From positions 3,008,001 to 3,072,000 of the forward strand of contig CAWDML010000001.1 of the NCBI GenBank assembly GCA_963803435.1: 64,000 nt of DNA, given 5' to 3'. Below the pieces are notes generated by a model that was not told the origin of the DNA, ran no database searches, and saw only the letters and a program-made list of their open reading frames with translations. This document shows, one piece after another, positions 35,410 to 44,391 of the stretch. Numbering within the stretch: the stretch's first letter is position 1; each line of letters starts with the position of its first letter. The stretch comes from an uncultured delta proteobacterium. GTDB lineage: Bacteria; Myxococcota; Kuafuiibacteriia; Kuafuiibacteriales; Kuafuiibacteriaceae. The translations under genes and the position numbers were made by a program.

Positions 35410-36189
35410 ATGACCTCGCTCGATCTCTCGGGGAGATGCGCCCTCGTCACCGGCGGCTCGCGGGGGATCGGACATCGCGCGGCGATCGCGCTGGCGGCCG
35501 CCGGCGCCGACGTCGCGATCACCTACCTCAACTCGCGGAGAAACGCAGAGGAGGTCGGGGAGGAGATCCTGGCGCTGGGGCGGCGCACGCTGGCGGTGCG
35601 GGCCGATCTCGCCGAGGCCGAGGACGTCTCCCTCGCAATCGAAGCGATCGCAGATCAGCTGGGGCGTCTCGACATCGTGGTCTCGAACGCCGCCGGCGGC
35701 GGGTTCCGGCCGCTGATGGAGGTCTCGCCGGAGAACTTCGACTACGCCCTCCACCTCAACGTCCGCGCCTTCATGCTCCTGATGCAGAAGGCTGCGCCCC
35801 TGCTCGAGCGGACCGACGAGGACGGCGTGCGCTCCAAGGTGATCACGCTGTCGAGCTGGGGCGCCGAGCGAGCGCTGCCGATGTACGGGGTGATCGGCGC
35901 CTGCAAGGCGGCGCTGGAGTCGATGACCCGCCACGCCGCGCTGGAGCTGGGGCCGCGCGGGATCAACGTCAACTGCGTGCGCGCCGGCGTGGTCGACACC
36001 GGATCGCTGCGCGCGCTCCCCGGGGTCGAGGTCGTCCTCGAGGAGCGCTCCAAGCGCTCGCTGGCGGGCCGGCGCAACATCACGCCCGACGACGTGGCGA
36101 ACACCGTCTTGTTCCTGGCGAGCGATCTGTCGGACATGATCCAGGGCCAGACGATCGTGATCGACGGAGGCACCAGCCTTCATCCCTAG
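35410..36189 (+). CDS. SDR, FabL-like enoyl-ACP reductase
   Basis: TGGSRGIG, VSNAAGG.FRP, and YxxxxxxK spacing (YGVIGACK) typical of FabL/FabI-type SDRs. Confidence 0.75.
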   Translation: MTSLDLSGRCALVTGGSRGIGHRAAIALAAAGADVAITYLNSRRNAEEVGEEILALGRRTLAVRADLAEAEDVSLAIEAIADQLGRLDIVVSNAAGGGFRPLMEVSPENFDYALHLNVRAFMLLMQKAAPLLERTDEDGVRSKVITLSSWGAERALPMYGVIGACKAALESMTRHAALELGPRGINVNCVRAGVVDTGSLRALPGVEVVLEERSKRSLAGRRNITPDDVANTVLFLASDLSDMIQGQTIVIDGGTSLHP

Positions 36190-36254
36190 TCCTAGTGCTT
36201 CGGTCGTTTGCAATTAGCCACGGAGGCGGCGAGGCACGGAGTACGGAGTCACTG

Positions 36255-38780
36255 ATGGAGCCCGCAGCCCCCGTTTGCAAGATCAGGCCTCGCTGCCCGC
36301 CCGCGGAGCTGGAACCGCTCCTCGCGCATCTGTCCGAGAACCGACCGATCGCGGAGCGCACCTCGTTCCCGCGCGGGACGCTGCTCCAAGACGGGCGGCT
36401 CGACCTCTGCAAGCAGGCCCTCGGTCCCGAAGGGCTCGGACGCGTCGCAGAGGCGCTGGCGGGCAACACGCAGGTCGCCCACCTGTTGCTCGGCGCGGAT
36501 CAGCTCGGTCCCGAGGGCGCGATGATCGTGGCCGATCTGGCCCGGCATCACCCGTCGATCGAGACGCTCTATCTCGGCTGCAATGGCATCGGACCCTACG
36601 GCGTGAGGGCGCTCGCCGACGCGCTCGCCGACAACGACCGCGTTCACGCGCTCTGGCTCAAGCGAAACGCGCTCGGGGTCGGCGGGGCCGCCGAGGTGTC
36701 GCGGCTGTTGAGAGCGAACGGCCGGATCCGAACGCTCGATCTGGTGAGCAACGGGCTCGGGATCGAGGGTGCGCGGCTCGTGTGTGAGGCGCTCGTCGAT
36801 CATCCGCTCGAGAACCTCTATCTATGCGGCAACGAGCTGGGCCCGGAGGGCGCGGCGATGGTGTCGGAGCTGCTCGAGCGAAGCGACGGCCTTCGCAGGC
36901 TGTACCTGGCGACCAACGGGATCGGCGATGCAGGGGCGGCGGCGCTGGCGCGCGCGATCGAGGGGCGGGCCGGGCTTCGCGTGCTGGGGCTGAGCAGCGA
37001 CGACATCGGATCAGAGGGTGCCATCGCGCTGGCGCGGGCGGTCGCGGGGCACCCGACGCTCGAACAGCTCGAGCTCGGTTTCGCGCGCTCGACCGCGGTC
37101 GTGGGTGCAGAAGCGAATCGGCTTGGCGACGCCGGCGCGCGGGCGTTCGTCCAGGTCCTCGAGTCCGGCGGGGTCCTCACGGCGCTCGATCTCTCGGGCA
37201 ACGGCATCACTCATCCTGCGGCGGCCGAGCTGGTGGCAGCGCTCGCCTCGAACACGAGGATCACCAAGCTCGCCATCGGCAATCTCCCTCGCAACTTGAA
37301 ACAGTCCCTCAACGGCCTGCTCTGCCGGAACGCGAACGCCGCCGGCCCGCGGCGCGAGGAGCCGCACCTCTCCTCCATCCGCAGCGTGTACCGCACGGCC
37401 GCTACCCGATCCGAGCCGCCGGTCGAGCCCGAGCGCGAGCCGAGACGATCCACCGAGGCCGAGCGCGGCTTCAGCGACGCCGAGCTGGAGACATGCTTGA
37501 AGGTGCTGGAGGCCCTCTCGATCCGCCGCGGCGTGCTCGACGAGCTCGGTGAGGTTCGGGACCTGATGACTCGGATGCTCCGGACCGCGCGTCCCGCGAA
37601 GCGCCGGCGCAGCCGCCAGGACGATCGCCCGCTGCTCGATCGAACCGGCATCCGTCGGAAGACCGGCACGACCATCGAGATCGAGGTGCCGCCCGAGGGA
37701 CCGCGGGCCCTCACGAGCTCCCGAACCTGCTACGTGTGCAAGTCGGCCTTCACCGCGCTCCACCACTTCTACGACTCCTTCTGCCCCTCGTGCGCGGAGG
37801 TGAGCTGGGAGAAGCGGCTGGCCACCGCCGATCTCAGCGGGCGCGTGGCGCTGGTGACCGGCGGGCGGATCAAGGCGGGGATCCAGATCGTGCTGAAGCT
37901 CTTGCGTGCGGGCGCGGAGGTCATCGCCACCACGCGTTTTCCGCACGACGCCGCCCGGCGCTACGCCGCCGAGCCCGACTTCGAGGGCTTCGCGGGCCGG
38001 CTCCGCATCCACCAGCTCGACCTGCTCCAGCTCGGGCACGTCGAGGCCTTTGCGACCCGGCTCGCCGAGCGCGAGCCCAGGCTCGACATCCTCATCAACA
38101 ACGCCGCGCAGACGCTCTACCGGCCTCAGGCCTTCTATGCCCCGATGCGCGCGCTCGAGGCGGCCGCGCTCCCCGCCTCCCTCCTTCGCCTCATCGACCG
38201 CCCGCACCCGGGCGCGCTGCAGTTGGCCGAGCCGGGCGACGCGCGCCTGTTCCCTGCGCAGTCCGACGACGGCCACGGCCAGCCCGTCGACCTGCGCTCC
38301 CGCAACAGCTGGCGCCTGCGCCTGCACGAGGTCGGGACGCGCGAGCTGATCTCGGTGAACCTGATCAACACCGTCGCGCCTTATCTGTTGATCGCGAAGC
38401 TCCGTGAGCGGATGGCGAAGACGCCGGGCGACAAGTTCGTCATCAACGTCTCCGCGGTCGAGGGCCAATTCGAGCGGCGCAACAAGACTTTCTTCCATCC
38501 CCACACCAACATGGCGAAGGCCGCGCTCAACATGATCACGCGGACCTCCGCCCCCGACCTCGCCCTCGAGCACATCTACCTGGCCAGCGTCGATCCCGGC
38601 TGGTTCAGCAACGAGAACCCACATCCGATCGCCGAGGGGATGAAGGCGAGTGGCTTCACGCTCCCGATCGACGAGATCGATGGCGCCGCCCGCGTGCTCG
38701 ATCCGATCTTCAGCCGCATCAACGGCGGCGACCCGCTCTACGGCTGCCTCCTGAAGGACTACCGGCCTGCGCCCTGGTGA
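36255..38780 (+). CDS. Fusion of RNI-like leucine-rich repeats with a Zn-ribbon-containing SDR oxidoreductase
   Basis: Repeated LxLxxNxIG.xGAxxLA units; CYVC...CPSC; TGGRIKAG; NNAAQT; HPHTNMAKAALNM. Confidence 0.8.
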   Translation: MEPAAPVCKIRPRCPPAELEPLLAHLSENRPIAERTSFPRGTLLQDGRLDLCKQALGPEGLGRVAEALAGNTQVAHLLLGADQLGPEGAMIVADLARHHPSIETLYLGCNGIGPYGVRALADALADNDRVHALWLKRNALGVGGAAEVSRLLRANGRIRTLDLVSNGLGIEGARLVCEALVDHPLENLYLCGNELGPEGAAMVSELLERSDGLRRLYLATNGIGDAGAAALARAIEGRAGLRVLGLSSDDIGSEGAIALARAVAGHPTLEQLELGFARSTAVVGAEANRLGDAGARAFVQVLESGGVLTALDLSGNGITHPAAAELVAALASNTRITKLAIGNLPRNLKQSLNGLLCRNANAAGPRREEPHLSSIRSVYRTAATRSEPPVEPEREPRRSTEAERGFSDAELETCLKVLEALSIRRGVLDELGEVRDLMTRMLRTARPAKRRRSRQDDRPLLDRTGIRRKTGTTIEIEVPPEGPRALTSSRTCYVCKSAFTALHHFYDSFCPSCAEVSWEKRLATADLSGRVALVTGGRIKAGIQIVLKLLRAGAEVIATTRFPHDAARRYAAEPDFEGFAGRLRIHQLDLLQLGHVEAFATRLAEREPRLDILINNAAQTLYRPQAFYAPMRALEAAALPASLLRLIDRPHPGALQLAEPGDARLFPAQSDDGHGQPVDLRSRNSWRLRLHEVGTRELISVNLINTVAPYLLIAKLRERMAKTPGDKFVINVSAVEGQFERRNKTFFHPHTNMAKAALNMITRTSAPDLALEHIYLASVDPGWFSNENPHPIAEGMKASGFTLPIDEIDGAARVLDPIFSRINGGDPLYGCLLKDYRPAPW

Positions 38781-40006
38781 TCGATCCCGGCGACCTCACC
38801 GACACCGGCGGTCCCGCTCCACCTCGGCGCGCCCCCGAACTTGCGCTGAAAGCCGTCGCAGCCGTCGCGGAAGAACAGGCCCATACCGAGCTCCAGGTGC
38901 ACCGGCAGATCGAGCTCGACGTCGACCCTGCCGGCTTCTCCCGGCGCCAGCCCGGCCGGGCCCTCCCAGGTGATGGTTCCCGTGACAGCGGCAGCGCCCA
39001 TGTGGAAGTGCGCCCGGTGACCCGAGAAGATCGGCGTGTGCCGGCCGCCTCGATCCTGCGTCAAGAGCGTGATGTCGGCGGTGAAGCGGACGCCGGCGGT
39101 GGCGCTCTTCGACAGCACCAGCACCTGCCCCCGGCGGTACGAGCGCCCCGGTGGCCCGGAAAGGAGCACGCCAATCTGCTCGCCCGCGCCGGCGCTCATG
39201 ACGCCGCTCCGGAAGATCTCGACGCTCTCCACCTTGGCGCGAGCCGGCGGCTGGTAGCCCAGACAATCGAACCACTCGCCGCTGGCGATGGTGCCGCGCT
39301 CCACTCGCCCGGCGGCCAGCGTCGACTGGCGTAAGCCCCGCCCGAAAAGCTCGTCGATGCGAAACAGCGCGGCGCCGTCCGGATCGCGCTCGGGGAGCGG
39401 CACGTCGGAGTCGAGCGCGCCGATCAGCGCCACGATCGCAGAGCGCCAGGGTTCGCCGTCGAGGGCGGCGGTGGCCGAGCCGCGGACCACGCGGATGTCG
39501 TCGCCGTCGAGGCCGTAGTCCGCGAGCATGCGCCGGACCTCCAGCTCGACCACGTCGACCGCGGTGGAGTCGGCGACGTCGCACTTGTTGATGAAGACGA
39601 TGAAGTGCCTGACCCCCGCACACCTGGCCATCAGCACGTGCTCGCGGGTCTGCGCGCGGACGCCGTCCTCGGCGGAGACCACGACAATCGCGGCATCGAT
39701 AATCGAGACTCCGCGCGCGGCCGTACCGATCATCGCTCGACGCCCGGGCGCGTCGATGTGCGCGTAACGGCGCGACGCAGACTCGTAGGGTACGGCGCTC
39801 CGCTGGATCGTGCCGGTCCCGTAGAGCCAGCGCGGCTGTGTCGGAAGCGGGGGGACGCCAGAGATCCGATCGAGCTCCGCGACGGTCCGCGGTGTCGCCG
39901 AGCAACCCGGCTCTCCGGCGAGCACGTGCGTGATGGCGGAGAGCAGCGAGGTCTTGCCATCGCCCGCGTGGCCAATCGTGCCCACGGTCAGGGCTGGCTT
40001 GCTCAC
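38759..40006 (-). CDS. Divergent elongation factor Tu-like GTPase paralog
   Basis: TIGHAGDGKT, RRYAHIDAPG, QTREH, FINKCD, GRVERG, GGRHTPIF; three-domain EF-Tu length. Confidence 0.8.
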   Translation of the reverse strand: MSKPALTVGTIGHAGDGKTSLLSAITHVLAGEPGCSATPRTVAELDRISGVPPLPTQPRWLYGTGTIQRSAVPYESASRRYAHIDAPGRRAMIGTAARGVSIIDAAIVVVSAEDGVRAQTREHVLMARCAGVRHFIVFINKCDVADSTAVDVVELEVRRMLADYGLDGDDIRVVRGSATAALDGEPWRSAIVALIGALDSDVPLPERDPDGAALFRIDELFGRGLRQSTLAAGRVERGTIASGEWFDCLGYQPPARAKVESVEIFRSGVMSAGAGEQIGVLLSGPPGRSYRRGQVLVLSKSATAGVRFTADITLLTQDRGGRHTPIFSGHRAHFHMGAAAVTGTITWEGPAGLAPGEAGRVDVELDLPVHLELGMGLFFRDGCDGFQRKFGGAPRWSGTAGVGEVAGIDHQGAGR

Positions 40007-41085
40007 GCCGGGAGAGTGCCGCGGCGCCGCTGCTCAATCAAGCGAACCAGCATCGCCAGGTACGCGGAGCCGACCGTCTCCGGCGCGAAGCGTTGCCGCA
40101 GGTCGGGCAGGTCGCGCTCGAGCTTGCTGCGGAGCGGCGCGGCGGCGGCGCCGGTGAGCCGCGCCACCCAGCCGGCGGCCTCCTCAATCTCCCGGTAGAG
40201 CGGGAGGTAGCCCGCGCCAGGCGCGAGCTCGCCAATCGCGCCCTCCTCACGCGCCACCACCGGGCACCCACAGAGCAACGCTTCGGCGACCGTCGTGCCG
40301 AACGGCGCGGCGGGCGCAGTCGAGACCAGGCAGCCGCCGCTGGCCGCAACCATCGAGTAGAAACGGCGCATCGCACCGTGCTCGATCCGCGGGAACCAGC
40401 GCAGCCGATCGGCGAGCTCGAGCGCGTCGGCGCTCTCGAGGAACGCGTCCACCACCGGATCGGGAGCCCGCTCGCCGCCCACCGTCCAGACCTCGAGATC
40501 CGCGCCGCCCTCCATGAGCACAGACGCGATCAGGAGGAGCTGCCTCCATGCCTCATCCTCGTCGAGCCGGCCGACCCAGCCCATGATCGGCCGCGCGTGA
40601 GAGGTTGCCGGCGTCGGATAGAAGAGGCGCGGATCGACGGCGTTTCGCCCGATCTCCACAGGATCGAACGCGGACAGCAGCCGCCGCTCCAGCAGCACCC
40701 GCTTCGAGTATCGGGACGGTACCAGCAGCGCATCGCAAGCGAACTTGCGATCCTGGAGGTAGCGCAACGCCTCGGGCTGGGCGGTCTGGATCTCGACCAC
40801 GAGGCACCGCTCCCCCGAGATCTCCGCGATGGCGTCGAGATACGGGGCGCTGTCGATGACCACCACCGCGTCGTGACGCCCGCTCTGCACACGCTCCCGG
40901 AAGCGCCAGGGATCCGCGCTCGCGGTCGACGCCAGCCCCGCGAAGAGCTCGAGGGCACCCCGATCCTCGAGCGCGACCAGCTCGACCTCGAGGTTGGGGA
41001 CCGCGGAGAGCCAGCGCAGGCGGGCGAGCAACTGCGTCGTCGTCGAGCCGAGCTCCGCTGACTGCAGGGCGAAGAGGATCCTCAC
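40003..41085 (-). CDS. Glycosyltransferase family 4 (GT-B)
   Basis: MRILF start, NAVD..LF, WVGRL, PFGTTVAEALLCGCPVVA. Confidence 0.8.
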   Translation of the reverse strand: MRILFALQSAELGSTTTQLLARLRWLSAVPNLEVELVALEDRGALELFAGLASTASADPWRFRERVQSGRHDAVVVIDSAPYLDAIAEISGERCLVVEIQTAQPEALRYLQDRKFACDALLVPSRYSKRVLLERRLLSAFDPVEIGRNAVDPRLFYPTPATSHARPIMGWVGRLDEDEAWRQLLLIASVLMEGGADLEVWTVGGERAPDPVVDAFLESADALELADRLRWFPRIEHGAMRRFYSMVAASGGCLVSTAPAAPFGTTVAEALLCGCPVVAREEGAIGELAPGAGYLPLYREIEEAAGWVARLTGAAAAPLRSKLERDLPDLRQRFAPETVGSAYLAMLVRLIEQRRRGTLPA

Positions 41086-42392
41086 CCGAGCTCCCTCGCG
41101 TGCAGGCTCTTCTCGGGCCGTGCGGGCCACTTGATCGTGCGGGCTGCCTCGATGAGCGCACGTGCACGACCCGAAGCGGACCAATCCTCGATCAGGATCG
41201 GAGCGGGAGAACCCAGCTCGCGCAGGCGATCGGCACACGCGCGCGTGGCGCAGACGAGGTCCGCGTTGTGCACCAGGAATCGCTCCACCGAGCGCCGGTA
41301 TCGATGCGGCTGCGCGAGACGGAGCGCCGCCGGCCAGTCCTCGAAGCAGTCGTATAGCGTGACCCAGCCCCACGCGTTCAGGCGGTTGATCCAGCGGGGC
41401 GCCACCGGGTGCGGCGTCCGGAAGATCGCGATGCGCTCGGCTGCATCGGCCCGCTCCACGGTCGCGATCAGATCCTCGAGCAGCTCGATCTCCAGGTGGA
41501 GGATCCGTTGAGCCGCCCTCATCTCATTGGATTCCCGGCTGGCGGCCAGGATGACACCCCAACCCTCCATCGAGAGCTCGCGCTCCAGCCCGCTCGCCTG
41601 CTCGAACCGGCGCCCGTCGACGATCAGCGCCAGACGATCGCGGGAGCGCCGCACCAGGCTGACCAGCTCGCGATCCGCCGGAGGAGGAGGAGGCAGCGCC
41701 GGCGGCGCATGCCGGCTGTCCACGAGCGCGCGCAAGAGGCGAGCCGGGAGACGCACCGCCTCGCGCGGGCTCCGCGCCGCCAAGAGGAGCGCGCGACCGA
41801 TCTGCGCGTCCGGCGCCTCGTCGATCGAGCGCAGCCGCTCGGCCAGATCGGCGACCCGGTCCTCCAGCGCCAGCACGCGCGAAGCGGCCGCCAGCTCCGG
41901 CCCCGCGCGATCCGCAGCCCGGTGCATGAGACGCTCGGCGAGTCGCTGGTACGCCGAGCGCAGCAGCCCGAGCTCGGCGGCGCGTCGTCCATCCCGCTCG
42001 CGGGCCCCGCGCTCGGTCATCACCAGCAGTCGTCCCGGCGCGGCGAACATCTGCCACGAGGCCACCGTCGGAGATCGCTTCTCCACGGCCAGCCTTAGCT
42101 CCCCGTCGATCAGCTCGAGCTCGATCGGGACTGTGACGGCCCGGAGCTCGTCGACCAGCGCCGAGGGATACGGCTCACCGAAGGGCAGCGCCAGCAGCAG
42201 CCTCCCGCCCTCGACGAGCTGCTCGATCAGCATCTGAAAGCCGCCCTCGGGCCTCGAGGTGGCGACGATGGTGTCGAGCTCCCGGGGGCGGGCGGCGCTC
42301 ACCGGGTCCCCGCCGATCTCGGGAGCGCCATACCAGCCGACTCGGGACCCGCACCGCCGGGCGGCGATCCAGTCGTTGCGGCGCCTGATCAT
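41082..42392 (-). CDS. Hypothetical glycosylation-associated protein (coiled coil plus partial GT-like C-terminus)
   Basis: Coupled to the GT4 gene by GTGA overlap; LYDCFEDW and ADLVCAT resemble GT-B N-terminal lobes. Confidence 0.5.
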   Translation of the reverse strand: MIRRRNDWIAARRCGSRVGWYGAPEIGGDPVSAARPRELDTIVATSRPEGGFQMLIEQLVEGGRLLLALPFGEPYPSALVDELRAVTVPIELELIDGELRLAVEKRSPTVASWQMFAAPGRLLVMTERGARERDGRRAAELGLLRSAYQRLAERLMHRAADRAGPELAAASRVLALEDRVADLAERLRSIDEAPDAQIGRALLLAARSPREAVRLPARLLRALVDSRHAPPALPPPPPADRELVSLVRRSRDRLALIVDGRRFEQASGLERELSMEGWGVILAASRESNEMRAAQRILHLEIELLEDLIATVERADAAERIAIFRTPHPVAPRWINRLNAWGWVTLYDCFEDWPAALRLAQPHRYRRSVERFLVHNADLVCATRACADRLRELGSPAPILIEDWSASGRARALIEAARTIKWPARPEKSLHARELG

Positions 42393-42423
42393 GCGAAGAG
42401 CGCCTCGATCCGAGCGTTTGAAT

Positions 42424-42444
42424 GTCTGACCGGTTTTGTCAGAC
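42424..42444. promoter_or_regulatory. Palindromic operator-like site
   Basis: GTCTGAC-cggtttt-GTCAGAC perfect 7-bp inverted repeat in the divergent intergenic region, 20 bp upstream of the BRO-like gene. Confidence 0.4.
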
Positions 42445-42464
42445 CTGGATCGGATGCTCTACCC

Positions 42465-43316
42465 ATGACGACGATTACCGTTCAGACCGAAGACTTCTTC
42501 TCGATTCCTATCACCCGCATCGAGCTCGACGGCAAGTCGGCGTGGATCACGCGCGACGTCGGACGCGCGCTCGGGTACGCGCGGGGGGGCGACAAGCTCT
42601 CTCGCAACATCGCTCGCCGCTGGACCAAGGACTTCATCGAAGGCGCCGACTACGATCGGCTCACCGGCGAGCTGCTCGAGCGCTTGCGCGGTCTGGCCCC
42701 GCGCCTTCGACGCACGCGGCGGGTCATGATCCTCTTCCGCTCGGGCCTGGACAAGGTGCTCGCCCGAGCTCCGTTCCAGATCGCCTCGCCGCTGCGCGCG
42801 TTCATCGACGAGAACCTCCCCGAGACGCTCGACCCCGCCGTGACGGTGCCCGCGAAGAAGGAGCTCGTGCCGAGGGCCGGGCTGCTCGACGAGCGCCGGC
42901 TCCGGATCGCCGAGGTGCGCGAGCAGCGGCTGGCCTCGGAGCAGCGTGCTCGAGGGCTGCTGGTGCTGCTGGACGCGATCGCTCGGACCGCCACCGAGGA
43001 GGAGCTGAAGGTCTACCAGATCAAGCTGGCGCAGGAGCTGGCCGGGCGTGACTTCACCTCGCTCCTACCGTCCAAGACGGAGCGCTTCACCACGCCCACG
43101 CAGATCGCACGACAGAACGAGACCACCGTGCAGCGGGTGGGTCGGATCATCACCGAGCTGGGGCTTCGAAATCCCGAAGCGCACCCCGAAACCGTCGAGG
43201 CGTACGACAATCTCGCGCCCGGCACGGGCCGGCTGGTCACGTGCTATCGGTATGGTGCGGAGGCCGTGGAGCAGATCGAGGCTTCGCTCTCCAACCCGAC
43301 CGCGGCTCAAGGCTGA
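42465..43316 (+). CDS. BRO-N / phage antirepressor-like DNA-binding protein
   Basis: ITRIELDGKSAWITRDVGRALGY fits BRO-N; coiled coil; C-terminal HTH-like TPTQIARQ...VQRVGRIITELGL. Confidence 0.7.
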   Translation: MTTITVQTEDFFSIPITRIELDGKSAWITRDVGRALGYARGGDKLSRNIARRWTKDFIEGADYDRLTGELLERLRGLAPRLRRTRRVMILFRSGLDKVLARAPFQIASPLRAFIDENLPETLDPAVTVPAKKELVPRAGLLDERRLRIAEVREQRLASEQRARGLLVLLDAIARTATEEELKVYQIKLAQELAGRDFTSLLPSKTERFTTPTQIARQNETTVQRVGRIITELGLRNPEAHPETVEAYDNLAPGTGRLVTCYRYGAEAVEQIEASLSNPTAAQG

Positions 43317-44272
43317 GCGGCGAACGGATCGTCGATCAGCTTGTTCGACAGCGGTCCAGAGCAGAGCCCGCGCGTCTGTCCGCCGCAGAAGTCGGTGTCG
43401 GTCCAGACCAGGTCGCCGGGAAAGCCGTAGCCCTCGAGATCGTCGATGAGCGGTCGGTCCGGTTCGCCGGCGTTGATCGCCTCCGGGAGAAGCTCTGCGG
43501 CGTCCCCGCAGGTCTCCCGGAGACAAGGGACCCGGCTCGCGCCTTCGCACCGCTCGATGCTCGCGAAGCTACCGTGCTTCCGCAGCGCCGCGTAGATCAC
43601 CCAGCGCGGCTCGCCGTCGTACTCGATCTGATCCAGCTCGTCCGCTCCGAAGAGGTGGCTGGCGTCGGCGGCCGTGTGCTCGTGGGCGGCCGTATACGCG
43701 CGAGCCAGCGTCACGTCGCCCGGCCCACCGCCGTCGATCGCCTCGAGCTCCACCGCCACCCGCTCGGGATCGCCGGCGTGCGCGCTGATGCCACCGCAGG
43801 TGCTCCCATAGTCGCGGTGCCATCCGATCGCGATCAGCGCGCGGACCCGGAGCGGCTCGAACGACACGGGAAACACGCGGGCGATCTGGAGCAGGCGCGC
43901 GTCGGGATCCGAGAGGAACGGCTCGCCCTCGGCGAGGCGCAGCCGAGGCCGAAACGCCTCCAGCACCAGGACCTCCCAGTCGTCGGCCAGCCCGTCGGCG
44001 TCGAGATCCTCGCAACCGTCACGGGTGCAGGCGGCCGTGAGCTGCGTCCGGAGCGCCAGCCGGCCGTCGATCAGCTCGCTGCCCTCGAACGGCGGCGGCG
44101 GCGGCGGATCGACCGCGGCGTCTTCGAGCGACAGGCCGGCGTCCTTTCCAGGAGCCGCGGCGTCCTCGGCGTCCTCTACGACGCCGGCGTCGCCCGCAGG
44201 CACGAGCGACGCCCCGCCACAGCCCGCCGCCAGCACCACCGAGAGGAGCGGCGAGAGGGCGGTGCGCCGCAT
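43307..44272 (-). CDS. Hypothetical lipoprotein
   Basis: Lipobox LAAGC, D/A-rich linker, DLDADGLADDWE Ca-binding-like motif, HAGDPE and KHGSF motifs. Confidence 0.7.
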   Translation of the reverse strand: MRRTALSPLLSVVLAAGCGGASLVPAGDAGVVEDAEDAAAPGKDAGLSLEDAAVDPPPPPPFEGSELIDGRLALRTQLTAACTRDGCEDLDADGLADDWEVLVLEAFRPRLRLAEGEPFLSDPDARLLQIARVFPVSFEPLRVRALIAIGWHRDYGSTCGGISAHAGDPERVAVELEAIDGGGPGDVTLARAYTAAHEHTAADASHLFGADELDQIEYDGEPRWVIYAALRKHGSFASIERCEGASRVPCLRETCGDAAELLPEAINAGEPDRPLIDDLEGYGFPGDLVWTDTDFCGGQTRGLCSGPLSNKLIDDPFAAQP

Positions 44273-44391
44273 CGGGAGAGGGTAGGTTCCGGCCGTGAGG
44301 ACCAGAAGGGCGGCGCCCCCGGTTTTAGAGGCATTTAGAGCCTCCGCCTCGACCGTTTGAGCTTCGTACCCTTCGTAGGTAGGTTTCCGAG

